Shown here: positions 49,206 through 60,918 of the stretch, in pieces
How the letters are laid out: every line of letters begins with the position of its first letter
Numbering within the stretch: the first letter of the stretch is position 1
DNA from: Vicugna vicugna
Lineage: Eukaryota
DNA length: 64,000 bases
Assembly: GCA_013265495.1 (NCBI GenBank)
Contig: MU060667.1
Coordinates: forward strand, 372,001 to 436,000
Reading direction: 5' to 3'
Program-made: the position numbers and the translations under genes
Notes under the pieces: model-generated
The model's input: only the letters and a program-made list of their open reading frames with translations
Told to the model about the DNA's origin: nothing
Database searches by the model: none

Positions 49206-50050
49206 AAAAAAAAAGCCTTGCCAAAAAAGGGGGTATATTTATTGAGTCCTGGACACCACTGATTAAATTGAAGACTGACTGATTTCGGAGACATAAAGTG
49301 AGAACAAAATGTTTGTCTCAGAATCAGTGAAATACTGGTCATTCACAAAAAGAAGTGCCCAGAGGCCTCTGTCACAGCCACATCAGTGCATCACAGGATC
49401 ATCTCTCCTTTGAAAGAGGGAGCGGTTTCTGTGTGTTTAAAAAAAGGTTTCACAATAAATAAAAATAAATAAGTAAATAAATAAAAGAAAGAAAGAATGA
49501 AAGAATGAATAATTTTAAAGCGGTCTCACCAAATAAAGTCGAAAAGCCTGCTGACTCCTAAGGGAGATTGTCTAAAAGGTCTTATCTTTGAGTTAAGTTT
49601 TTCTTAAGAAACTCAACCAAAGTGAGTTTAACCCATCATTGCTCAATCGATGGGTCACCAGTGAAATGCCTCTCTGTGCAGGGGACAGACTGCAGGGTGC
49701 TACCAAGCCAGGCCCTCTGCCCAGGGTCACCCAGCTGAGTCAAGGTACAACTATGCTTTGGGGCTCCTGGTCATGCAGATACAACCACAGAGATCCCAGC
49801 ACAGCACAGTTATCAAGATGAACACGCTTGAGGGAGACTACGTGGACGGTCTGGGGCAGCAGACAGAAGAGGGGCCTCCAGGACCCGAGACAGAGCAGAC
49901 AGGATGACCCATCGGCAAGACCTGTCCCCATGGCTGTTCCACCAGGTTTGCCCGTGGTCAGCTGCATCCAACGTGATGCACATCACTTGGCTGACGGGCT
50001 GGCAATACAGACGCGGCCGTGAGGAGGGGCGGGGCCCCAGGACCACTCAC

Positions 50051-50200
50051 CGTGCACTTGTGGGGTTTCTCGCCCGTGTGCCGGCGCATGTGCACCACCA
50101 GCATGTACTGCGCCTTGAAGGGCTTCTGCTCCCGCGTGCAGGCCTGCCAGCGGCACACAAATTCCTTCTTCTCCCCATGGATGTGTTCATTGTTGATGTG
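50051..50200 (-). CDS. GLI2: GLI2 coding exon (150 bp): [50 protein letters not shown]; end of ZF1, ZF2, start of ZF3
   Basis: Acceptor cccggcag|CAC and donor ACG|gtgag. C2H2 fingers with a TGEKP linker. Confidence 0.98.
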
Positions 50201-51552
50201 CTGCCGGGAAGAGGCCCACGGAGAGGGGTGAGCCCGGCCAACCACCCCTCCAGACCTGACCTGGTGTGTGCAGACACCACCGCACAGACCAGCATCCACG
50301 TGTCAGCCCAGGCCTCCTCACGAGCTATCCCGACATGCAGGTCTACTGTGTGCTACTTGTCTCCCCTGCATTTTCCAGTTAGCCACCAATGTGACCATCT
50401 GTTATGGTCAGAGCCAACCCGCTCATCTCCATCTGGGCTCCAGGCTCTGGTCTGTGGGACATCGGTGATTATGCTGATGCTTCCAGGCTGCAAACAGTAG
50501 GCACTCATTAACTGCAGTGAGGCACACATGCACACGGTGGGTGTATGAGAAGCCTCTCCCAAGCTTGCCCCTTTACTGCTCCAGAAATGTTTAAACACCA
50601 TTTTCATTATAACAGAAATGTGAAGGCATCCTCGTCTCTGTTTCTGACAGTGTCCCATGAGATGGGTCCCCTTTTCACAAAAGCCCAGATTGCTCGAGTG
50701 GCCTGCCCAGGATGGAACTGGAGTCTGACCCTGACACTGTGCACTGTGGGATGCTAGGCCTGGGCCAGAATGGCCCAGGAGAGCAAGGTGGGACAGCCAG
50801 AGACATTGGACTGATCCTGCCCTGGCAGTGGGGGCTCTGCTCCTCCGTGCAGGCAGGGACATCTTGGGCACAGCTGGGAAGTGCACTGGCAGTAAGCCTG
50901 CCCTGGACGACTGGTCCTCCGACCCACTGCGGCCAGCGCTGTCCTGGGCCAGGAACACGGGGCTAACTTTTCTCTTTTTCTGTCTCCACACCCAGGCCTT
51001 CTGGCCTCTGCCCTGGGCCCATCACCTGTGTGCCCCCTGGGGCAGTCCCCTCTGTGATGGGGAGCCATGGGCCACCCATGTTTTCTATCCTGGGTAACAG
51101 AGCACACTGCCTTGAGTAGAATGTTCGGTTTTCAGTTGCTTTGATTATTTAACCAAAGGATGCAGCCCTCCCTGGAGCAGAGGTATTACTGCTTCTGAGC
51201 TTGGGTTGTGTTGAGATGCGTGTAGGGCCCCCAGGACTTTTACGTCTTAATCTTTTGAGTTGCTTATTTAACTGGGCAGTAGGAACAGGTAGCGTGAGTC
51301 AGTCACTCAGCTGAGTGAAGTATACTCGTCCCCTCCCACTGGGGCTTCTCTCTAAAGGTCAGCAGGGAGCCTCTTCGGGCCCCACCAAGAGCTCATCCAT
51401 GTCCTGCTTGGAGCTCGGGTCCACAGGAGCTGGGAGGGTGGCAGTCAGGTCTCTGAGGTACTGTTCTCTGCCCTGCTCCAGCCCCATCCTCTTTCTCCTC
51501 TCAGTCCTGAGCTCCCTCCCCCAGCTTTCACTTCCTCCTACAACCTCTGGAC

Positions 51553-52065
51553 CCGCACTGTCCCATATAGTGGCCTTTCTCCACTTGTGGCTCTTGAGCC
51601 CCTGAAACGTGGCTGGTCCCAACCAGGATGGGCTGCGAGTGTAAACCACACACCTGTTTCAAAAGACTGAGAATGAAAGAAAAAAGGATGCAAAAAAATC
51701 TCAGTAATTTTCTTTTACACTGATGGCATGTAGAAATGATATTTTAGCCAGGGAGGGTATAGCTCTGTGGTAGAGTGTGCTTAGCATACACGAGGTCCTG
51801 GGTTCAATCCCCAGGACCTCCATTAAAATAAGTAAATAAATAAATCTAATTACCCCTCAAAACCAAAAACCGAAACATAAAGAAATCCATCCCAAAAGAA
51901 AAAAATACAGTATTTTAGATATATTGGGTTAAACAAAATACGATTAACGTTACATTAATTTCACCTGTTTCCTTTTACTCTTTTTAAATGTTTTTCTAAC
52001 TAGCATAACAGTACATGCATGGCTGGCATCTGTGGCTCGTGATGCCTTTCTCCTGGACAGCGCTG
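51553..52065 (-). mobile_element. MER33-type hAT-Charlie element split by a SINE
   Basis: gatatattgggttaaacaaaata..ttaatttcacctgtttc; ends cgcactgtcc...ggacagcgctg. Confidence 0.8.
51748..51910 (+). mobile_element. tRNA-derived camelid SINE inside MER33
   Basis: gggagggtatagctctgtggtagagtgtgcttagcatacacgaggtcctgggttcaatcccc. tattttag is repeated at 51740-51747 and 51911-51918. Confidence 0.85.
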
Positions 52066-53269
52066 CTGTAGATTTTTGCAACCTACAAGGCTGTCCCAGA
52101 GCTGAGCATCTAGGCACTAGCAGCCCCTCACCCTGCAAGACAGAAAACTGCTGGGCCCTCAGGCTCTGGGTAACAGGCCACACTGCCGTGCATACAAATG
52201 CCGACAGCAGAGCAAGCAAAATCNNNNNNNNNNNNNNNNNNNNNNNNNNNNNNNNNNNNNNNNNNNNNNNNNNNNNNNNNNNNNNNNNNNNNNNNNNNNN
52301 NNNNNNNNNNNNNNNNNNNNNNNNNNNNNNNNNNNNNNNNNNNNNNNNNNNNNNNNNNNNNNNNNNNNNNNNNNNNNNCCGCTCGCGTGTGCGGCTGCGC
52401 CATCTATCTTCCCAGGGAGCAGAGAGACTGGGCAGAGCAGCCTGGCTTCCCTCTCACAGGAGCCTGCTCCTTTCAGGGCCAGGCGGAGGTGGTCACCTAC
52501 AGCCACAGGGACAGCCCTGGGCTCAGCTGGAGCCCTTCTTACCACGTCCGGAGCTCTCTGTCTTTATCTGAGGAATTCCCTCCCTGTGCTCTGGGGCCAA
52601 CCCACTCCCCGCTAAACACATCTTTTCCGTCCTCCCCTCCACCCTCTCCTGGCCAGGATGCTGTTCTCTTTCTTCTCTTTTAATCTAATCTGATTTATTT
52701 TACAACTCAGCTCCAGTGGTCCCTACTCCAGCTCAGACTTGTTTACCCAAAGAGGTGGTACAGGCTGAAAAATTATGTTCGAGTTCCAGAGGGATTAGAT
52801 AAGACCCTGCTTTACAGGTCCTATGTCAGTGGTTATGGGTTTGTGGAGAATTCTAGTCTAGGGTGAGAATTTAGGGAGGAAAACCCCAGTGCAAAAGAAA
52901 CCTATGGTATTTGAGAGCAAGCGGCATGACTGGAAGCAGGGGGAGTGGGCGGTGTCTTAAATGTTGATTTCACAGAGCTTCGGAGAAGGAGACCCCTTTG
53001 GGATGACTTCTGGATGTGAACAGCATGCGCACACATGCGTGTGTGTCCCTACTGTACCAAGCAACTGACCTGCTAGCTTAGTGTGGGTTCATCTTTATAG
53101 ACACTCACTCACCAAGGAATGTGTGTTGGGGTTGGGGCGGGGGGCTTGTCCTTGAATTGAAGTTCTTTTCCAGATAGAGAAAGGAATCCTCAAGGCTGGC
53201 TTGGGGGACGGGGAGGAGGAGGCAGGAGGAGCTCCTGTGTATGAAGTGTTGCTCTCTGCTCAGTGCTTA

Positions 53270-53430
53270 TGCTGGTATTACGTTCAACCTTCACCCCCTA
53301 TACGAGGTGGGCTTCACTTCCCTTTACAGGATAGAAAAATGGAGGCTCACAGGGGTTAAGTCACTTGTTCAGAGCCACTTGGCTAGCTGTGGTGGAGCCA
53401 GATTTGAAGCCAGGCGCCTCCAACCTTGAG
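53270..53430. mobile_element. MIR SINE; representative of others at about 6650-6780, 7690-7870, 11980-12170, 19510-19620, 26040-26200, 42560-42730, 45330-45450 and 60380-60520
   Basis: ttacaggatagaaaaatggaggctcacaggggttaagtcacttgttcagagccac..gctag...gagccagatttgaagccagg. Confidence 0.7.
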
Positions 53431-54134
53431 CCCCTGTTCCTGCTTTTCCCACTGCAGAAGTGATCCAGCTGCTGCTATAGTGGCTGCTGGTGTAGAAGGT
53501 TTAGAGGCACACCCTGAAGGGCATACCCAGCTCCCATGACCTTGTCGGGTCTCCTGATCTGTCAGTACCCAGGCATTTTAAAGCAGCCCTCTCCTTGATT
53601 TAAGTGTAAACACCCAAATTCACCTGTGTACACTGGGTATGTGTGAATGGTCTCCAAGAGCAAATTACCAACTCCTTCCTCCAGGGGAGAAACCTCTTTC
53701 AGGTTTCAGGCTCAGGTTTGTTATTATCTTGTGGATGCTGGCTGACTTATGTAAACTTATTTCCCTCTTTGCATTGGATGCTAGGAAGCTCAGGTGGAAA
53801 AAAAGGTTTATATGTGAACTATAGCTCAGAGCACTTGGTTTTTAATACTAACTTCACTCTTGGCTTTATTTTATTTTTCCTTTTCTTCTAATTTTCTAAT
53901 TTACCTATTATTTTTAATCTCTTGTACTACAAATGTATTTCTAAGCCCCCTTTTAGAAACAAATAGGGCATAGATAAATAATCCTGCCTCCTACTTGCAC
54001 AGGATATGGCCCAGCCATCTCCTGGAGCCTCTTGCTCCAGCCCCTTCTCTCTAGCAGAGAGCCTGGAAGGCTCAAGACTCCGTACGGCCGGGGCTCCGCC
54101 CCCAGCGGGCAGGCCCTGCTTCTCCGAGGCTTAC

Positions 54135-54269
54135 ATGCACCAGCTGCTCCTGGGTGTCATACTCCTTAGTGCAGTCTTCCCAGTGGCAATTGGTCTCGTA
54201 GATGACCACCTCGGCCTCCTGCTTACAGTCGTCTCTGTCCAGGTCTTCCTTGAGGTCAGCCAGCTGCTC
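54135..54269 (-). CDS. GLI2: GLI2 coding exon (135 bp): [45 protein letters not shown]; first half of ZF1
   Basis: Acceptor ccctccag|GAG and donor CAT|gtaag. Present in ORF 54072..54584(-). Confidence 0.97.
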
Positions 54270-57200
54270 CTGGAGGGGGCAGAGCACATCCACGTGAGCC
54301 ATGTCTAGCCACCTGGCCTGAGGAAAGGTCACTATCAGCCCCATGAACTCTATGCCAAGGACCATGCACTGGTCTACGTGTGGACATGCACATGCACACA
54401 TACTTGTGCACGCGTGCACACACAAGCACGCACACACATACGCCCTCGTGAGTTCTCTCCTCAGCCGGTTCCCGCCCAGTGCTCTTCCGGTCACATGGCT
54501 ATCCTGGTGCCCCTCCCTCCTCTCTAACACTGGCTTGTCATCACCCAGGTGTCTTGTAACATCCTGGGTCAACAGACATGGCAAGGAGAACAGGAGAAAG
54601 GAGCCCCCGGTAACTTTCGCTTATCTGGGTTGGTTTCTTCTGGGGAGAGCCGGGGCGGGCCCCCCAGGCTCAAGGGTGGGGTATTTTTATTTATAGTGTG
54701 GATAGGGTCTACTCCTGCTTGGAGGCAGGAGAAAACAGCGTCGGCCTGACCTTATCCCTGCATTGTCCCCTCCTCCCAGGGGCACACGCGCGCCTGGATT
54801 GTTCACACCCGGGACAGTGCCTAGGACTGCAAATCACTCTGTGGAGTGAAGGCACTCGGCATACTCTCCCAGCATCAGTCTTCCCTGTGACAGCCCTAAA
54901 ATGTGGGCGTTTGTATTACTGTATCACAGCTGGGCAAACTGACATTCCAGGAGAGGCTGACTGGCTCCCTCCAGAACTCAGGGAGTTTGTGGCCACCTAG
55001 ATCTGGACTCACGTCTCCCAGCCACGATGGGGCCAATTGGTGCCTTTCTTAGGAAAGGCCCCTGAGATGGGCCTTCCACTGATCACAGGCCCCCAAAATT
55101 CTTTTCAAAGAGGACAAGGGTTTTTACTATCAAACCAGCAACGGTCTGAGAGTAAACTCCACAGGACTGCCCCACCCCAGCAGATGCTAACACACAGCTG
55201 GCCAGGGCAGCCTCCAAGCATGGGACAGGCTGGGTGGTACTAGGAGTGGGGCAAGGGGGAGAGGGACAGACAAGCAGGCTGGGAGGAAGGCCCAGCAAGG
55301 ACCTCCAGAATACATCAAGGACCCCCCAGTGTCCCCCTGGGCAGGCTTGGAGCAAAGTCAGGCAAAGAGGCAGATGTTACAGCGACTTGCTTTACTTTCA
55401 AACTATTTCCAAAATGGCAGGAATGTTCTTTCTTTCAAAAGCGTCTCCGGGGAAAGCATGTATAGCTCAGGCTAAGGGGGTCACCCCTCCCCGGTGTTAG
55501 GAGCCCCGCCCCGCAGACTCCTGAGACTCGAAGGAACAGGGGCCGCAGCTCTTACATCAGCCTCCCCCCTCCCAGGGCTGAGTCTGTTTCAAGGAGCACA
55601 GAAACCGGCCTCATGACTCCCCGCGGCCAGCACAGATTCACACCCCTGGCCGGCTTTCCACTGGAGCTGCAAAGGGCTCCTCCGGGGGCCGGGTTCTGGT
55701 TGCTTCTCAGAGTACCTTTCAATGAACGTGCGAGTTCTGGACAGGCAAACAATGACACGCTGTGCAGTTAAGTCCTCGGGCAGCACCGGTACACATGAAA
55801 AGGAGGGGCAGGAACACCTCTGCCCCAGATCTTTAGCAAGGGGAGGGCTGTGGGGTAGGGACCTCCTAATGGCCTCTCTGCACTTGCAGAAAAACCAGAA
55901 ACAGATTCCACAAACTGCACGCCCTGCTTATTTCGGAGAAGACGTGAAGAAGCTGCGGGCGGAGGACGGCGCAGGCGCAGTGGGTGTGCCTGGGCCTCCG
56001 GATCCAGGGGAGTAGCATCCTCACCCCCAAGTGTGAGGGCTTAAGCAGAGAGGGGATTCATTATGTGGCATTTCCTGTCAAGAGAAGGCAAGCCCTTCCA
56101 CTTTGCAAAGGAGTCAGGGAGCAAGGGAGTCAAATCACTGAATCAGGACACTGAGTGACACAGTGACAACCTCCTCGTGATAAAAGACTTTCCACTGACA
56201 GGGAGCCAAGCCGGGCAGGAAGGAGGACTCTGTGCAGCAGCCCCCTTCTACCTGCCCACTGAGTTGAGGGGGCGGGGCAGGGGGCTCCCAGGTGTTCAGC
56301 GCCCCTTAGCCCTGTCCTCGCTGCTCCAGCAGGCTTATCTCCCCTGGATGTGCGCTGGCCTCATCAATTTCAATGGCCCCCGATGATGGCCGGCCGCGTG
56401 GCAATCATGCATCATGCGGAGATGTTTGGGTGTCAGTAGGGGGAGAATTTGTCACTAACCCCTGTGTTTGCCTGACAATAACAGAACCCAGTATTTCATG
56501 AAAATTAAGCGCCCAGAGCATACCCAACGGTTTATAGGTTTGATAAAGGATGGTCCAGCAGACGAGGAGATGGGGACAAGAGGCCCCAAGGACCCTTGGT
56601 GTCATAGCTGGTGATTCTGTAGTCACAGATGGAGATCAGGCCACCGTGAGAGGCCTGCCCCAGAGGTCAGCACACACCCTGCCCCCTTCCCACGACAGGC
56701 CTCTGCTTTAAGAATTGGGACTATGTGTCTGCCTGCTGGCTTGGAGTGTTGGAATAAGTGGCAGGATCTCCAGAGAGACCTGCAAAAGGGTCTCAGCCCC
56801 GCAACAGACTCGTTCTGAGCCATGGGCTGTTCTGATCCTCAGCTTCCAGCCAGGAATTGTCCCCCCTTCCCTCCCAAGCACTGAGACACTGCCTCCCTCA
56901 AATGTGCCCTGAGTCATTAGCAAATACTATCTTACAGCTACCAAGCACCAGGCCCTGTACAAACCCTGGGGACGTAGGGCCAAATCAGGTACCTCTCCCA
57001 AAGTGCCACCTTTCCAAAGCTTGCTGTGCAGTCCTGGAGACAGATGGAGCGACCCGGACACTGGGGTGGGGCATGGAGCTCCAGGGAGAGTGAGCACTTG
57101 ACAGGAGCCTGAGCCATTCAGGGGATGCGAGCAACTCAGTTTGCCTGTGGTTCGGGCTGCGTGAGGGTGAGGTTCAGGAGGGAGAGATGGTTGCAACCCA

Positions 57201-57413
57201 CACATTCTTTCTTTCCTGTATTATTTTATTCAGCAGGTGTTTGATGAACGTCTGGTATAAGGGGGGGTCCTCAGAGCTCACTGTGTGTTCACCCTGCTCT
57301 CTCTGGTTCCCTCAGTCACTCATTCATGCAGGGAGCCATTGGTCACTACTTGAGTCACAGCCTCAAGTCAGCTGACTCCAGGCTGAGGACCACGAGGACG
57401 GCCAGCAGGTTAC

Positions 57414-57530
57414 CTGTGTCAGGGTCAACGGGGAGGCTGGCCGCAAGCCCTCAGCCTCCGTCTTGACCTTGCTGCGCTTGTGAATGACGATGGGGTTGAC
57501 AGTGCTGCTCACGGCTGACTCACTGCTCTG
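57414..57530 (-). CDS. GLI2: GLI2 coding exon (117 bp): QSSESAVSSTVNPIVIHKRSKVKTEAEGLRPASPLTLTQ
   Basis: Manual minus-strand translation (too short for the ORF track). Acceptor tctcccacag|CAG is a NAGNAG with an alternative start at 57527. Donor CAG|gtaac. Confidence 0.93.
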
Positions 57531-58331
57531 CTGTGGGAGAGGGAAGCACAGGAGAGCCCATCACACGAGGGCAGGTGAAGATACCCCAAATTCTGTTTGG
57601 GCTTGACCTCTGGGATCCTCCCCACAGAGACCGTCTGGGCCAGCACTGGTGTTCGCAGTTTAGGAAACTGAGTCCTTCCAGCTTGGTCCAGGGGCAAGGC
57701 CAGGAGAGAGCCCGGGGCTGGGCTTATCAGCATCTCTTCCCCGCCATGCAGCCCCCACCTCCACGGGAATGGAACAGAGATCCTCTCTTGGAGGAATGCT
57801 GGGGACCCTCACTCCTGACCCAGTGGCCTCAACTTCTCAGCTCTCCGGGACAGGGGTGGCTCTGGGTCTGAGGACAACAGGGCCGGGCCAGCTCAGAGAG
57901 CAGGAGAACAGGCCTGGTTCCTCAGGACAAGAGGGTTAGAGCTGTGGCATCAGGTGGTGTGACAAAAGCCAACAGCCACAGTCTAGGGGCAGGTGCTAGG
58001 TGTCCGCTTGGAGCCCTGGGATGGTGAGGGAGGTCATTCTGGAAGAGGGCTGTGAATTTTGGGGTTTCTCCATCTACTCATTACGTTTATTGGAAAGGTG
58101 ACAATGGGCACTTGCCCACAGTGAGAGTGGTGTTAGGACCCAGCCCAGGTCTCCTGACCTGGCATCCAGCCCAAAGTCCTTTACATGGCCTCTGCCCAGA
58201 GGCACCCCAACCAGCTAGATTTGTGCCCAGATTCCTGCCACAAGTTTCTGGCATGAGATGGCAATGATCGGCCTTCACTGGGCCCAGATGCGTATCTGGT
58301 GGCCCACCCACTGCTCCCTGCACCCACCTAC

Positions 58332-58545
58332 CTGGTTGGCATCGCTCAGACAGTTGCTGTTGCTACTGAGCTGGGTGGGCATGGCATTGATGGAGGCGAG
58401 GGCCATGGGCTGCTGGGCCAGGAAGGTGGGTGAGGGCTGGATCAGGGGTGGTGTGTGTCCAAAAGCGGAGCCCAGGCCCCTCTGCTGGCTCAGGATCTGC
58501 TGGTAGGCCACGGGGTTGATGGGGTGGGGGAAGGTGAAGGCTGGG
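58332..58545 (-). CDS. GLI2: GLI2 coding exon (214 bp): PAFTFPHPINPVAYQQILSQQRGLGSAFGHTPPLIQPSPTFLAQQPMALASINAMPTQLSSNSNCLSDANQ; contains the Met (58406-58404) equivalent to the start of human N-terminally truncated GLI2 isoforms
   Basis: Acceptor ctttgcag|C and donor CAG|gtagg. ORF 58275..58664(-) contains this peptide. Phase is compatible with both neighbours. Confidence 0.97.
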
Positions 58546-60039
58546 CTGCAAAGAATAGCAGACAAGGTAATGGAGTGGAGGTGCGGGTAGGGGTGAGGGC
58601 AGGGCTCTGTTAGGCTAATGCTTCTTGGGCAGACAGGGCCCTGCCCGGGGATAAGGATGGGCATATTGCCGATTCCACCATCATCGTGGCTTTACCTCAC
58701 TCAAGCACCAGCTGTGGCTCCCCACTGCCTGCCATCTCAGGTGTCACCTTCTGGGCTGAGTCCCCAGGCCCTACCCCAGGATACAGCCTTTGCCCCTGGT
58801 AGGTTGGTCCCCAGGACATGCCAGACTCCATCTCAGTCCCATATCCTGGCCTTTCCTTGTTCTGATGCCTGAGTACACCCTGGCATCACTGCTCCCCCTC
58901 TGAAGCCCGTTTTAATGCCCCCCCACCCCATTTAGGAAGTGTGCCCCGAGCCCTCCAGCTCACACTCTCCTCTCTCTTCTTTAACTCCTCTTGCACTTCT
59001 GAGTTCAATCAAGCCACCCGTAGATGAGCCACTCTTTCCAGATCTGAGGGATCTGAGGCAAAAAGGTGCTCTCTGAAGATGTCCTCCTTGGCTTCCTCCT
59101 TGCTCTCTCTCCGCTCACTCCCTCTAGGCGCGGGGCGGGAAGAGCGGCTGCCAAGCTGTGACAACGCTCAAGAAGCTGAGTAGAGAGGCTCCCGTGAAGA
59201 GAAACTAAAGCTTGTGCCCACGGCCCTGCGGGTGGGCCGTTCTGGAAATAGATGCCCAGGTCCAGCCACGTCTTCAGGTGACCACAGCCCTGGCCGACAT
59301 CTCGATGGCAGCCTCTGAGAGACCCGCCGCTAAGCCAGTCTCACGTTCCCAGCCCTCAGAGATGGCGGGAGATAGAATGCGCTGACTGCCGTTTTAAACT
59401 GCAAGTTCTGGAGTCACTTGTTATGTAGCAAAAGATAACAGAGATAAAAGGTAACTTCTTGTCTCCGGGCCCTAGAGCTGAGTGGTCCCCTCCCGGCCTA
59501 TCTCAGGAGGGCCAAGGGAAGGCGGAGTTCCGGTCAAGTTGGTTGGGCTCTGCGTCCTTTGCACAATCAAGGGCTGCACGGAGGGGACAAGGTGGACGGT
59601 GTTGATGAGCTTTGGGTGTGCTGTGCAGTGACCAAGGTGGGAGGCCTCTGCCAGCCCAGAGACATTCAGGCCTAAGTCAGTGTCACCTCTCTAGTGGCCC
59701 CAGTGCTTGTCAGTGACACTTGCTGAAATATGAGGAAAGTGGCCTTTGATTTCAGGATGGAGTCTTTCAGGACAGGGCTGGTAAGGGTGACTTATCACAT
59801 CAGAAATCATTTGGTGGATGAATGAGTAACGGGCACATGAAGACATACTCCAGTGCTGGCGCATTCCAATGTCATCACTACTGGGTGTGAATTCACGAAA
59901 TGGTCACAAGTAGGCTGATGTTTACAAGTACAACAAGTCCTGTTTCTCCCCTGGTTGCCAGCGCAGACCCTCCCCGCTGGACCCCAGCCCAGCGTCCATT
60001 CTCGGTACCCCCTGCCCCCAACTTGCAGGCCTGGCTCAC

Positions 60040-60241
60040 CTGAGGGCACCGGCCGACAGGTGCCCGTAGGAGCCGCTGGCGGCCGAGCTGCTGCGCGAGT
60101 TGTTGATGTAGGCCACCAGCGAGTTGGGCGAGGTTCGGATCATGCGCTGCAGGTCGAGGCTGGCGTCCGAGAGCGGGGAGATGGACAGCGCCCGCTTGCG
60201 GCTCAGGCGGGGCGTCACCCGGGGGCTGGAGAAACGTGACA
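60040..60241 (-). CDS. GLI2: GLI2 coding exon (202 bp): (V)[66 protein letters not shown](S); repressor region with the SYGH SUFU-binding motif. First GLI2 exon inside the window.
   Basis: Acceptor ttcctgcag|TG at 60242/60241 and donor AG|gtgag at 60040/60039. Translation matches recalled human GLI2. Confidence 0.97.
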
Positions 60242-60784
60242 CTGCAGGAAAGCCAAGCCAAAACAGGTCAGCGTTACCCTGTTCGGAGATGGGGACACGC
60301 TGGGAGAGGGAGACTTGGTGGGGTGGGGACAGGAAAAGCCTGGGAGTACGGTCTGATGGGAACTGTAGCTCTGCCGTCACTTTCCAGCTGGGGGCTCTTA
60401 GCCTCTCTCGGCCTTAGTTTGCTCATCTGTACAATGGGACTGACCCATACCTGGTGTGGTGCGGATTTGCAAAGCACAGGTCAGGTGCTTCAGTGGCGGA
60501 GCAAGAGCACTGAACATGTATTAGCGCCTTTCCTCGTAGGTATGCAGAGACCAGGACTGGATCCAGCAACGCTTAAGGCAGCCAAGCTACAGGCCGTAAG
60601 CGAATGGCTTGGTGGCCTCTCACAAAGTGCAAAGCCAGCACCAGGCTAAGAAGCAGGCACAGATAGCGCCCAGCAGCCCCTCTGCCCCTTTGGGCCCACT
60701 ATGGCAGCTACTATCCTAGCTTCCGACACTCAAAACAGTTGCCTGTTTTGAGTATTTGCTTATTATGTAAATGGAATTATAAAT

Positions 60785-60918
60785 GCTTTCTTTTCTTGGG
60801 GAGTGTGTGTAGATAATTAGGCTTATTTAATTTTTTTTTTTAACTGGAGGTACTGGGGATTGAACCCAGGACTTCATGCATGCTAAGCATGTGCTCTACC
60901 ACTGAGCTGTACCCTCCC
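60785..60918 (-). mobile_element. tRNA-derived camelid SINE
   Basis: tggaggtactggggattgaacccaggac...gtgctctaccactgagctgtaccctccc (reverse complement of the family head). Confidence 0.88.
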
